A stretch of 64,000 nucleotides of DNA from Eledone cirrhosa. Taxonomy: Eukaryota. Position numbers and translations under genes: made by a program. Shown here in pieces: positions 44,409-56,703 of this stretch; position 1 is the first letter of the stretch; the number at the start of each line of letters is the position of its first letter. Location of the stretch: positions 216,132,001 through 216,196,000 of the forward strand of contig OZ024742.1 of the NCBI GenBank assembly GCA_964016885.1, read 5' to 3'. The notes below the pieces were generated by a model. It was given only the letters and a program-made list of their open reading frames with translations. It did not search any database and was not told the DNA's origin.

Positions 44409-45320
44409 GATAAAAGTGCGTGTGCGTGTATCAGGGAGACAGTGAGTGTGACAGTTTTTTTTTAGTTTTTGGCATACATGAGAGACAGAGATTGTGGATA
44501 CATGCGTGTTTGTGTTTCTGTGTGTGTATTTATATGTGTGTGCGTGCGTGTGTGGGTGTGTGTTTGAATGTGTGTGTGAACGTGTGTGAGTGTGTGTGTG
44601 CGTGTATGGGTGTGTGTGAACGTTTCTATTTTACACTATATATATGGAATGACTTCATCCACGCTTCACTAAATATTTCTTGGAAAGTTACCGAAGGAAA
44701 CAGATAGTGCATCCTTTAGAACATCAGGAAGAATATCGGGGATATCTATTTTCTAATCTCTTTAAAGTACAACCCTTCATTCCTTATAGCTTGTGTATTT
44801 CATATTACCTGTATCGTTAATGTACAGGAAGGAAGATGGTGGAAGGCTGAAAATGGCCAATGAGATAGAAAGATACTAAAGATTGCACCTCTTGCCAGAT
44901 TTTACGGTCTATCTAGTCTATAAAATATGTTTAAGTATATACATACATATATATATATATAAATGCGTTTGTGTGTATTTTTTTGTGTGTATATGTGCGT
45001 GTATTTGTAGGTGCCTGTGTAGATAGATATAACTATATTCACCTTATATACATTTTGTAACCTGTAGCATGCTTTCACTAATCATTTTAGGAGGCTATTG
45101 CAGTCACCTGTAGACACAGACGCCATCTTTGTCCCTCATTAACTTCTCGCAATTTATGCGACATCTTCGATATGATAGATCGACATTGAGATGTCTGTCC
45201 TAGCATATGTGTGATATTTTTTTTATTAACCCCGAAAGGTTGAACTGGGAATAACTTAATTTTACAGCGTGGAGACGTAATAAATTTCTCTACTCTCTCT
45301 GTAAATAGTTATATAATAAT

Positions 45321-45505
45321 TGTTTCTACGTTAGGCACAAGGCCAGCAATTACTCAGTGTATTACTGGTACTTTATTTTATCGACCCCGTAAGGATGAAA
45401 AGCAAAGTTAACCTCGGCGGGATTTGAACTCAGAATGGCAAGGGCCGTAACTCTATGCGTCAAAGCATGGCGTCCGACCCTCTACCGATACTGCCATCCA
45501 ACGCC
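45321..45505 (-). mobile_element. SINE family A, 3' moiety of the 5S-SINE chimera
   Basis: Full head (GGCGTTGGATGGCAGTATCGG...GAGTTCAAATCC), core and tail. Confidence 0.92.
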
Positions 45506-45516
45506 ATTTTTTTTAG

Positions 45517-45635
45517 CGCTTACGGCACCTAGTGTTCCCAATCAGTCACCCATCTAAGTACTAACTAGGCTCGACGTTGCTTAACTTCGGTGATCGCACG
45601 AGAACCGGTGTTTTCAGCGTGATACGGCCGTAAAC
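45517..45635 (-). rRNA. Full-length 5S rRNA sequence, a retroposed copy and probably a pseudogene
   Basis: GTTTACGGCCGTATCACGCTGAAAACACCGGTTCTCGTGCGATCACCGAAGTTAAGCAACGTCGAGCCTAGTTAGTACTTAGATGGGTGACTGATTGGGAACACTAGGTGCCGTAAGC; about 119 nt, helix I closes, box A and box C present; followed by A8 rather than an oligo-T terminator. Confidence 0.95.
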
Positions 45636-48193
45636 AAATAGTTATATAATAATGAGATATCCATATATCCTTAAAACGTTATAATCCTATCCTGTATATT
45701 AACTACTATCATGTTAACTATATGAATCTACCGTGTGTATAACATTGTCTTTATGAAAATACTGGCACATTCCTATGTCTTAAAATGCTATTAATATGCA
45801 AAATCTCTCGTAAACGTAAATATCCTTTAATGAAAAAAAAGAAAAGAAACAATATAACAGACAGGAGCACATATGTAATGTGTAATACTTTGATATCGGT
45901 TCTTTAGTTGATATCTCGAAGCACATCAAATATATTTCTAATAACCGTGTAGATTAAAAATAAATTAGTAATTCTGAGAATCAATAGGTCTCTCAGTAGT
46001 TGGACGATGACATCTAAATTAAATATGTCAAACAATCTTGATACTGCCTTGATTGTTTTAATAAACTATATACTACTCCTATGATCAGAAATAGTTTCTC
46101 TCTCCCCCTCTTTCTCTCCCCTTCTTTTCTCCCTCGCAAACTCTCTAACTCTTCACTCAACCTCTATCTAACAAGAGCTCGCTATCTATCTCTTTCTTAA
46201 CAACCTTTATACATAAAGAAAATACAAGAGTTGAACATTTCGTTTATCAATCTGGTTGTGCTGTCAAAAGTGACAACTATTTTAATCATATTCATTAAAT
46301 GATATTTTTTCATTCATATTTTCTTTGGGGGTTTTGGAATCTTTAATCTGAGCTTTCTATAAATTCTTTGAATGAAAAAAAAATGTGGAAATTGTGTGGA
46401 AACAGCGGATAAAGGGATTTCTATTTAACACGCTTATATTTAAGGATTATAATATTTAGTTTTATTTTAATTTTACTGAAATAAAAACTATAAAAAACAC
46501 TAATTGCGATTTCTTTAATACTAGATGAAAAATTATCTTGTATAGTTGTGTTTTTTGTTTCTTTGTTTTTTCTTTGGTATAGTTAGTCAGGGGCTGGTAG
46601 GTGACGGAGGAACAAACCTTTTCGCGTGGTATACTGCAGTAATATCAAGATATCGAGTTATTCTCAAAGCGGAAACCACATCTGATTGCTTGTAATAGAG
46701 TGGACTCCACTAACGGCGTCAAAATCTCAGGTAGTGTTGTTAAAATGAGCGATTGATTCGATTTAACAAGAACCGATAAAGTTTTCGTCTACGCAATTTC
46801 ACTCATAAGGCCTCGTTTGACCCGCCACTCTGGTAAAAGACAATTGCCCAAGGTTACAAATAGAAATAAAAAGAGATAGGTGGCTATAACGTTTCATATT
46901 ATTGAATTATTATAGCATTATTTCCCAAATTGCATCACATTCCTTTATTTTCTCTGCCTGTACCCTTTTCGTACTTTCTTGTATGTTTGTAATTACTTTA
47001 TTATTCTACTTCTCTCGTCTCTTTCCTATTATAGTTTAGTATAACTAGTTACATATTTTATTCAAAATCATCTCGTCGCCAATAAATTTATCAACTTTTG
47101 CATTGTCAATTACCTTCCCCTTTCTTTATCACTTCTACTAAACTTCATTCCATATAGTCTCTCTCACCGGAATCAATTTCTCTTTCTTTCTTTCTCTCTA
47201 TCTCTCATGCCATCTCTCTTTACTCTAAATCTTTCTCTCTCTTCTTTTCACTTTCTCAAAACTATATTTCAGGTTTCAAATCTGCATTTCTTTTTAGTTG
47301 AGGCTACTATTCGCCATAAATGAACTAAAGCTAAAACAAAATTAACAAAAATAAATAAAAACAAATTCTTTAATATCCGTTTCGTCTAATTCTTTCACTC
47401 TTCATATTTCCCTGAATTAATCGAATATTAATCATAGAACCATCATCAAGTTTCCAATATAATGTCTACAAACCACTTCAATAAATTTAGAAGACAAAGA
47501 CAAAATATTTTATCTACCGATATTAAATATAATTTGTTTCTTCTATAAAACGATATATTGAATTTTATTTTCAAAAATTCGTGAAAATTAATTATATTGA
47601 TTTCTTTCAATAGTGTGCTTTAGTTACTGACCTCCGTTGCGATGTCTTTGTTAAAAGCGTTTGAACTTAGGACCGTAGGGTTTTGACCTACATATCATAA
47701 AGCACAATTCATGTGACTGAATATTCAAAGTTTTGTTTACCTTGCGTATATGAAAACTGATTGAGCCAACTACTCAATGTATAAATGATCCTAAATTGTA
47801 GAGTAATTTTCATGACATGCTCAGCGAGAGATAAAATGCTAAAGATGTTGCTTTAAATATGCACATACCTATAAGTTGTCAGGAGAAGTTATTAGATTGA
47901 CAGTTTCATACCAGGCATATACACCGATTCAACAGATTCAAGGGTTACAGGGAGGTTAGCATGGGTTAAATGTACGACCGATTTGGATGTTTTCAATATA
48001 TCATCTTTGGCTGATATTCCGCTTCCCCAAAATTGTTGGCCTTTTGCCGCTAAATTAGAAACCAATATTATACAAATATGATCAATTGTTGAAGCATCTA
48101 ATACTACAATGTCAAGTAGTTATTGCATTATAGAAAGATTACGAGATCAGAATAAACGTTATGAAACGTCATCAATGATGATACTGAATATGC

Positions 48194-48233
<40 letters not shown>

Positions 48234-48826
48234 AATATGATAATAATGGAGCTGCGGCGCTGCAAATGGATTACATATGAAAAAGTTTGTCCTCATCAGT
48301 GGCCTTCGAACCGTCGTAGGCATTTCGTCGCATTAAAGGCCATATACCTCAAGTTGGTGCAAGCAACGGCAAAAAAAAGTCGTTGGGACACGTAAATAAA
48401 GGGGACGCTAGGGTAAACAAGCAAAATGGTTTAAGCAACAGCACGTGATGAAGAAGAAAGACACAAGTCCCAGATTTCTATGAATATAAATTCGGTGGAA
48501 TCGTGAACGAGAGAATAAAGACCATCAAACCTGGTTGAAATGTGAGCAAGGAAGGAATTTCGCACAGGTCTAACGGGAGGAAGAAGGGGTCTGGTCTGCG
48601 AATTCGGTTCTGTGAAGTCGCAGACGAGAGAGAGAGAAAAAAAATTCATACCGGCTTGGCGAAGTGCCCGCGAGAAAAGGATTACGGACAGGTCAAACAG
48701 GAAGAAAGGGGAGGAGGAGAGGTAGTGACAGAGAGTGAGTGAGTGAATGGTGAGGAAGAGGCTAACAGAGAGAGAGAGACTGCTAGAAAGGGTATACATG
48801 CATATATATATACATACATATATATA

Positions 48827-49019
48827 ATAATTATTTCTATTTTTGGCACAAGGCCAGCAATTATCCCAGTGTATTACTGGCACTTTATTTTATCGACCTC
48901 GTAAGTTGAATGGCAAAATTAACCTCGGCGGGATTTGAACTCAGACAATAAAGAGCGGTAACTCTTTGGTGCAAAGCATGACCTCCGACCCTCTTCCGTT
49001 ACTGTACTGCCAATCCACC
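48827..49019 (-). mobile_element. SINE family A, full length and diverged
   Basis: Collinear with the other copies. Confidence 0.88.
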
Positions 49020-49041
49020 ATTATAACCATTATAATAATTG

Positions 49042-49200
<159 letters not shown>

Positions 49201-49240
49201 TACAAATATTAATAAAATAGATGTTCTTTTGATCAATAAA

Positions 49241-49293
49241 ATTTTATTATACATAATTCAGAGGTACAACAGTATGTCCTCATCAGACAAAAT
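49241..49293 (-). ncRNA. Hammerhead motif in the 3' pLTR, core mutated (GAAT)
   Basis: ATTTTGT-CTGATGA-GG..CT-GAAT-TATGTA-TA-ATAAAAT. Confidence 0.6.
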
Positions 49294-50003
49294 ATAATGA
49301 TACATGACATACCCTGAGATGTTAAATGGTTAAGATTTAATCAAGGTAGTGATTAACCTATGAGAAAACTCAACATTTATACCCTAATAATGAGAAAATG
49401 CGAAAACGTAATAAATTCAATAGAGAAGCTATGAGTAAGAAAAACGTTGCTTTAATGTAACAGTTATAGAGATTTTAAAATGTAGGATACTACAAATTAT
49501 GATTATCGAGGAAGGCGTCTCTGGAATTATAATTTTATTACAGTTTATGAAGGCAACTGATAGACGATTAAAGAGAAGGAGAGATAAAGGGGAGTAATTT
49601 ATGTAGACATTTTTTTTTCTTCCCTTAAGGTCTAAGCGGTTAAGTTTACAAATATTTAATTTATGTTATTTTAGGGTGAAGAATCAAAATTTTAAGTTTT
49701 TAAAAGTTGATGGTTATTTATATTTATTAATTTTATAAATTTTATAAATTTTTTAAATGTGTTACATTTCTAAAATTCTGAATTTTATGAAAACAAAATT
49801 AAAGGATTTATTAGGCCCGCGAAAGAAAAATATACACTATTAAATAAACTCTTAAATGTAATCTTTAACACAAATTACCTATAACGGTGTCAACATTTTC
49901 GGTATGTAAAATTTATGAAGTACTTATTGCTAGAAATATCGAAAAATGTATTGTCAAGTAGATACATTGTCTAACGTATAATTATTAACGCAGATTTGTC
50001 AGC

Positions 50004-50036
<33 letters not shown>

Positions 50037-50393
50037 ATGCATTTATCGTAATAAATTAATATTTATTATATTATATTAAATCACTATATTAGTTCTACCT
50101 TCATGGGCGGAATGAACTCTATATAATGAATATGTTATTGTACAATATATCTATATTTGCACAAACTATATATAGCGTTAAACCAAAACGCTAATTATGA
50201 TTAAGTTATTATACATTATAAATATAGATGGAAATAACCAAATTCAGAGATATACGTAACTAATAATATGATTATGTTATTATACAATATACACATATTT
50301 GCCAAAAATTAGGTATAGATAGATATACTAAGTATTAATGAGACAGTATACTTTTGGTAAATGATAACGATTATAATCTTATATAATAGATTC

Positions 50394-50685
50394 AAACATG
50401 CAAAATACATACATACATATAAGAGTGTAAACGCATGAATGATTCACAGTTCAAAATAAGGTCCGTAAAGTTTGCAGGTTGGATATTTGAACTATATTTA
50501 AAACATAGAAAGAAAAATAAAGATAGGTATACTTAAAAACATGCAAAATTTAAATGCATACATATATATATAAATAAAGGAGTGTAAACGCATGACTGAT
50601 TCACAGTTCAAACTAAGGTCCGTAAAAATTTACAGGTTGGATATTTGAACTATATTTAATACATACATAGAAAAATAAAGATAGA
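50394..50685. repeat. Tandem duplication of about 140 bp inside the PLE 3' region
   Basis: aaacatgcaaaat...gagtgtaaacgcatga.tgattcacagttcaaa...ggttggatatttgaactatatttaa occurs twice. Confidence 0.85.
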
Positions 50686-50869
50686 GAAATAATGGTATGG
50701 ATCAAAGTTAATAATATTATGTTATGTATATCAACGTGTCAGCATGTCATTAAACAAGTGTAATTCATTCAAACGTTATTTCTTTTATAGATAGTTATAT
50801 GATAAAGCAATATTAAAGGCCATTAAGGTTTTCAACTGTTGATTATGTACGTCCAAAAACCAAGTTTAG

Positions 50870-51960
50870 TTGCTTAGTGTTTTTCCTGGTCTTATGGGAG
50901 GCTTGAAATGTAGACAAACCTTTATGAAGGCAATTAGAGAATAATTCACTTTTTTTGTTAATTAAGGTCTCATAATTATTAATAATCAACAGGGTCTCCA
51001 TTGTACGAAGCGCGCAGTTACTTGATATACTTGAGTTGCGGTAAACTCCACTATTCCGAATTTCGTCCAAAAAATGGAGTATTTTAAATTCTTTTCTTTT
51101 AATGACCATATAAGCTGTGATAAGGAAGTGGATGATTTCTTCTTGGAGTTCGAAAATGAGCACCTATGGTTCGCAAATCTGGCTTTAAATGTAGAAGAAT
51201 TCGATCCTATGTAGTTGTATGTGTTGTGATCAGTTTTTACGGTGCATTTATACACCAAATTACTATCTAAACAATTATTTTGCAGGGGGCAATCAATTTT
51301 ATTTCTACAATTACATTTTGGTTTATTATCATTTATGTTAACGCTATTATTAAGATCATTATGCCGATTCTGCTTTAGAATTTTTGTGTTTAATTTAGCA
51401 ATGTTTTGAGCCATATTCATAGTTGTAGAATAATGGTGTGTGTCTATTAAAAATGGAATGGTATTTATGTTGAGTAGGGAAAGAGGTGTCCAAAGCATTA
51501 AAGAATAATTTTGCAATTGGTGTTCTAACTGCTACCGAAGCAGGGGGGGGGGGACCATATGACTGATTTAGTTCTAGTTCTTTTCCTCAATTTGTTTGGC
51601 GTATGGGTGTTTGAATTATAATTATTAGAGTTTCGTTTATATATGCCATTATTTTTATCAGTATTAAAACTTGGATTATTATTATCTACATATTCTATAC
51701 TATTCTCATATCCTGCTCTTTTTAACGCATTATTGTAGTATGCTGCATTATCCTCAAATATAGCTTTATTGGCTGATATTCTATTAATGCGTTTTTGGAC
51801 ACTATTTACTATAGCTTTTTTTTTATAGATTTAGGGTGATTGGAATGGTTACTAACATAGTTTAAGTTTTCATTGGGCTTATTTATGAAAAGGGTAATAA
51901 AAGCCAGAGTTTAAGTTAAACGTAACGTCTAGGAAATTAACTATTTTTGGACCATTTGTG
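50870..51960 (-). pseudogene. Penelope-like ORF remnant: RT C-terminus/thumb, Cys linker and GIY-YIG endonuclease
   Basis: VNFLDVTFNL, KPN..YV...SNHPKSI, YNNALKRAGY, CNCRNKIDCPLQNNC, LVYKC..YIG..FKARFANH..SF and frameshifted E.LLI..LINKKSELFSNCLH. Confidence 0.9.
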
Positions 51961-52712
51961 TTTTTTTTGTTTTTTTCTTTTGATAAACGCATATATGTAA
52001 TTTAAAATTCAGACCTTTTTAAGTTTAATTATAAGGCATGTTGATGCTTTAGGCACTCAAATTGATAATCATAAATTCGTTAAAAGTCATAACTGTAATT
52101 ATTTTCTAAATTATATTATATAAACTGTTGTCAATATTATATAATAAATTTGGTAAAGCTTACCTTCGTGAGGTTGTAAAAACATTATGTTTTCTTTCTC
52201 GTGTTTGTAAATCCTTTAAATTTGATTTCATAAAATTTGATTTTAGAAATTAAACTTGATAGTATACTTTAATATTAATACAAATACTTATTAACTTTTA
52301 AAACCTAAAATATTATTCATTACTTTGAACTAAATTAAATTAAATATTTTGAATGTTAACGGTGAACCAGATTTGTTTAGATATATATTGTTATTCCTCT
52401 TTATCTCTCTCTGTAATCAACTCTCCTTTGTTTTCCTAGGCTCCTACTAACTATATTATCCCCTCATCTGTTTCTTCCTCTATACTTTTCTTTTCTTTCC
52501 TCTTTCTTCAGTAATTTAAATTATTTATCAGTTATATTGCTGCCATGTATTTTTTAAGCTTTTTCACACGCACCCTCTCTATGGTATGTATTATATATTT
52601 TTCTAATGTTCTCAATATTAAGGTATATAAATACTGAGTTTTGTCATATATTACTCACTACCATGACTTAATCTTAACCATCTACTACGTGAGGGTATGT
52701 CATGCATCATCT

Positions 52713-52779
52713 TATTTTATCTGATGAGGAAGTACTCTTGAAGTTAACTCAGTACCTCTGAAATATGTATAATAAAATA
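52713..52779 (+). ncRNA. Type I hammerhead ribozyme in the inverted pLTR
   Basis: Stem I TATTTTAT/ATAAAATA; CTGATGA 52721-52727; stem II GGAAGTACT/AGTACCTCT; GAAA 52760-52763; ATATGTAT quasi-palindrome; AUA triplet. Confidence 0.8.
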
Positions 52780-52826
52780 TACTTGATCACAAGAATATCT
52801 ATTTTGTTAATATTTTGAATTAATAT

Positions 52827-52889
<63 letters not shown>

Positions 52890-52930
52890 TTGGCAAGCTA
52901 TTTAGAACACTGGTTTAACCGCTTTATTTC

Positions 52931-52965
52931 CCTCCGAAGAAGAGATATTATCTCGAAAATTAAGG
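52931..52965 (+). ncRNA. Minimal hammerhead-like motif (U4C core variant)
   Basis: CCT-CCGAAGA-A-GAGAT/ATCTC-GAAA-AT-TA-AGG in a roughly 185-bp island between (TA)n tracts. Confidence 0.5.
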
Positions 52966-53071
52966 ACATTTAAATAAATCTAAGGTTAAAGACTAATTGT
53001 CAACAATATCTTTTGCATTTGCATTCTTTATTCTATGTCCATTGTTTTGGCTTTATTATACATATACAAAC

Positions 53072-53148
<77 letters not shown>

Positions 53149-53550
53149 AAGAGGATATAGATAAGTTTGTGTATACATACACGCACTCGCACACATACAT
53201 ACCGTATATACTCGAATATATGACCAAAAGGTCGTTGGTAAAATGTGTCGTCGACTAATATTCGGGGTCATATTTTAATAATGTTTACCAACTTCAAATT
53301 CTGCGTAAATAAGGTGCCAAAATATGTTATTATTTCACAAGGAAACACTGTTATTTTACATTTACTACAACACCATAAGTTTTGCATTCCCAACAAATTT
53401 TCGTTAGTTGATCTTTTCCATATATAAATTACTCCTATACATATAAGAACACACACACACGTACACGTGCGCCGATTGTTTTTTTGTTTGAAACTATTTC
53501 TTGTATTTTTTTATTTCGCCCTCCCCACCCCCCACTCTCTCTCTTTATAT

Positions 53551-53720
53551 ATGGACACACTAGAAGAGGAAGACCAAGGTTAACATATGTTGATGCCCTA
53601 AGGACAGACACTGGTCTGTTGGAGATGCAGGATATGGCAGCGATAATGAGGGACAGAGACCGCTGGAGAGAACTCGTCCATGGATATCGGGAATTTTACC
53701 CGCCTTAGATAGATAGATAT
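53551..53720 (+). mobile_element. RTE-group LINE 3' fragment, same family as 24651-24932
   Basis: [51 protein letters not shown] followed by (TAGA)n. Confidence 0.85.
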
Positions 53721-54021
53721 ATATTTCTCTTTCTGTCACTATCTCTCCCGTTCTCCTGCTCTCGCTTTCTCTTTTTGCTGTCTCTTTCTTCCTCTTCTAC
53801 ACTCAATCGTTATATAGTGTTCTCGTAGTTGATCTCTTTCGAATATTCATTATTCATTTCGCCCCCCACCCCCCCACCCCTTGCCGCATATATTTTTAAT
53901 TATCTTTATGACAGTTAAAACAAATATTTTTTATTATACTTTTAAATAATGCCTTAAACTAAAAGATATGTCTTCATTTTTTAAAATCATTTCTTATAAA
54001 TTATTATAGCTGCTGTGAAAT

Positions 54022-54235
54022 AACTCTCGGCAAAAGGGAAGGGGTATGTAGTATTGACAACCACTTACAAGTGAGAAATGGTACTTCCGTCGATTACTCC
54101 GCTTTGCTTTTGCCGAGATTAAGTATGTAACGTAGTCACTACGCTAAAATTGGTCTTCAAAATACTATTCAAAATGGTCTTCAAAATGTTTTTAAATAAA
54201 CATACAGTATATTATCAAACATACTATACGTACAA
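54022..54235 (+). mobile_element. Possible HINE/DINE-1-like (Helentron-associated) element
   Basis: Closely spaced 5' inverted repeat tctcggcaaaag (54025-54036) / cttttgccgaga (54107-54118); homologous to the units at 34.2-34.8 kb. Confidence 0.4.
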
Positions 54236-54583
54236 TTTCTTATAAGTTTTACATATATTTTATTTTATAATTTAATAGAATTGCCAACAATAAATATAAA
54301 TTCACTGTTGTATCAATAGCATTGCAAATATTGATGTACATAGGAAAGAAAAAGAAACCAGAGGAAAAAGTGGATTTGTGAACCAAAAAAACTCTAAAAG
54401 ACACTTATAATATTTTAAATAACAAAATATTTAACCTTCTAAAATATTTTCTCCACTGATAAGAATTTCAAAACCACACCATACCGGAGCTGCCTCGGCT
54501 GATAAACGGGATTATGATTTTGCCCATTCTTTAGACATAAGATAGGGTTCGACTTTAATTCGAGTCTTATATTTGAGTATTTA

Positions 54584-54619
<36 letters not shown>

Positions 54620-54809
54620 GGAAAATAATATTAAACATTTGACGATGCACCTAATAGTTTTATTTTATGCAAATTTACATTAGAGAACAAAAAGAAATAA
54701 CTTCATACAAATTAAGTGTTAGATATAATCCACACAAGCATAAATTAAAATGAGACTTTGAAAAGGTGTGTATACATCGAATCCAGTTAGTAAAAAACTA
54801 TTTAGATAA

Positions 54810-55217
54810 TCTATATATTAATACGCTTATACCTACGAGCCGTACGTCTGACCGTGATCAGTAATATAAATAAAAGTTGAATGACATCCGGGAGACGTGC
54901 TAAAACAATGGAAGTGTTGTGGTAATTAATCTACGAAAATCTACGGCGAAAGAAAATCAACGTTTGGAAAGGAGAGAGAGAGGCTGTTGTAATATATTTA
55001 GAGAGAGGGGGTTATAATATAGAGAAAGGGATGGGTTGTAATATATAGAGAGAAGGGGGTTATAATATATAGAGAGGGCGTTATAATATAGAGAAAGGAG
55101 GGTTAAAATATATATAGAGAGAGGGGGTTAAATATATAAATAGAGAGAGGGGAGTTTTAATATATTTAGAGAGAGGGGTTATAAGATAGACAGAGGGGAT
55201 TATCCGGGTCCAGCTAG
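54810..55217 (+). mobile_element. Non-autonomous Helitron-like element with an internal minisatellite
   Basis: A|TCTATATATTAATAC start, ..CCGGGTCCAGCTAG|T end, and about 23-bp gagagagggggttataatata repeats at 54972-55200. Confidence 0.65.
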
Positions 55218-55373
55218 TTATAATAATTTCTCCAAACTTACCTTTTTTAAACGAAATTATAATTTAGTTCGTGTAGATTAATTTCTTCTGGTCCTCTACA
55301 TTTGCAGCTTTCGATACTACAAGTACATTATGTGCATTTACAAAGCCTTATTATTATTTTGACTACACAAATT

Positions 55374-55482
<109 letters not shown>

Positions 55483-55510
55483 GTATATATATATATATAT
55501 ATATATAGAT

Positions 55511-55563
55511 GAGATTCTACAGGACTAGAACTGTTTCATTCATTAGAAATCATCAGGAATCCC
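55511..55563 (-). ncRNA. Stand-alone type I hammerhead ribozyme between two (TA)n tracts
   Basis: GGGATTC-CTGATGA-T-TTC/GAA-T-GAAA-CAG-ttctagtc-CTG-TA-GAATCTC; GUA triplet; the first stem II pair is a U-U mismatch. Confidence 0.75.
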
Positions 55564-55627
55564 TGATATATATATATATATACGTATATATATATATACG
55601 TATATATATATACGTATATATATATAC

Positions 55628-55812
<185 letters not shown>

Positions 55813-55840
55813 AAGAGTGAAGAATAACATGGTCAACAGT

Positions 55841-56029
55841 ACAAAAAGTGTTTTATTTACAGTATTAACAATTGTTTCATTGATTACGGTGTCTAAAGAT
55901 TGCTAATCACTTGAAGTTAGTCCGATGATTTGATTAGGCATACATGTATTTAAGATTGGGTGACACAATTTCAAGTGATTAGCAATCAATTAAACAATTG
56001 TTAATACTGTAAATAGAACCATTTTTGTA
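55841..56029. repeat. Diverged inverted repeat enclosing a decayed hammerhead
   Basis: tatttacagtattaacaattgttt..gctaatcacttgaa mirrors ttcaagtgattagc..aaacaattgttaatactgtaaata; CCGATGA at 55922-55928 and the ACAATTGT palindrome. Confidence 0.75.
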
Positions 56030-56031
56030 GT

Positions 56032-56230
56032 GGTGAAGGCGTGTGGCTGAGTGGTTAGAGAATTATATTCGCAATCCTGAGGTTGTGAGTTCGATTCCCG
56101 GACCGGGCGATGCGTTATGTCCTTGAACAAGACACTTTATTTCACGTTGCTCATTCTACCTGGAGTTGCGACCGATAGATAGTATTAGCAATTGGAAAGA
56201 CCAATGGAAACGTTGTTTCCTCGGTCCGAT
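56032..56230 (+). mobile_element. tRNA-derived SINE family B (different central domain)
   Basis: A-box TGGCTGAGTGG and B-box GAGTTCGATTCC, then TGTCCTTGAACAAGACACTTTATTTCACGTTGCTC (CORE/V-like domain); 3' limit approximate. Confidence 0.8.
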
Positions 56231-56482
56231 TTGACGAAAGTCGATCGTAAAAAAAAAGATGTGTGTGTGTGTGTGTGTGTGTGTGTGAACACGCCAGACA
56301 AAGACATTCCGGTAATATAGACAACATATAAATTAAAATAATATCAAAGCATAGAAATGAGGGGTAGGCAAATCAGAGAAGCAACTGAGATAGAATTAAG
56401 AAAAGCAAAGTTAAACAGAAAGAACAAATGGAATAACCACAACTATGCCCAAACAAACAATGCTGACGAAAGGGAAATATAA

Positions 56483-56523
<41 letters not shown>

Positions 56524-56580
56524 AGTACAAGCACCTATAAACACACACTAGTGAACAACAATAGAATACAGAGACAAGAA

Positions 56581-56611
<31 letters not shown>

Positions 56612-56660
56612 AATAAAAATGGCGTAGGCATTACAATACAACGGGAGGAAACATAATAGT

Positions 56661-56703
56661 ACCACTGATGATGTCACAGATGTGTGACGAATGAACTTTG
56701 ATA
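56661..56703 (+). ncRNA. Hammerhead motif with a perfect stem II and a GAAT core variant
   Basis: ACCA-CTGATGA-T-GTCACA-gatg-TGTGAC-GAAT-GAAC-TT-TGATA, followed by (TA)n. Confidence 0.55.

Noticed and set aside
45517-45635. Functional 5S rDNA unit
   Set aside because: Single copy with no oligo-T terminator, an A8 linker to a SINE and a TSD directly at +1, all pointing to retroposition.
48245-48370. CTGATGAGGA..TCC and a nearby GAAA on the minus strand
   Set aside because: The pieces cannot be assembled into one valid hammerhead topology.
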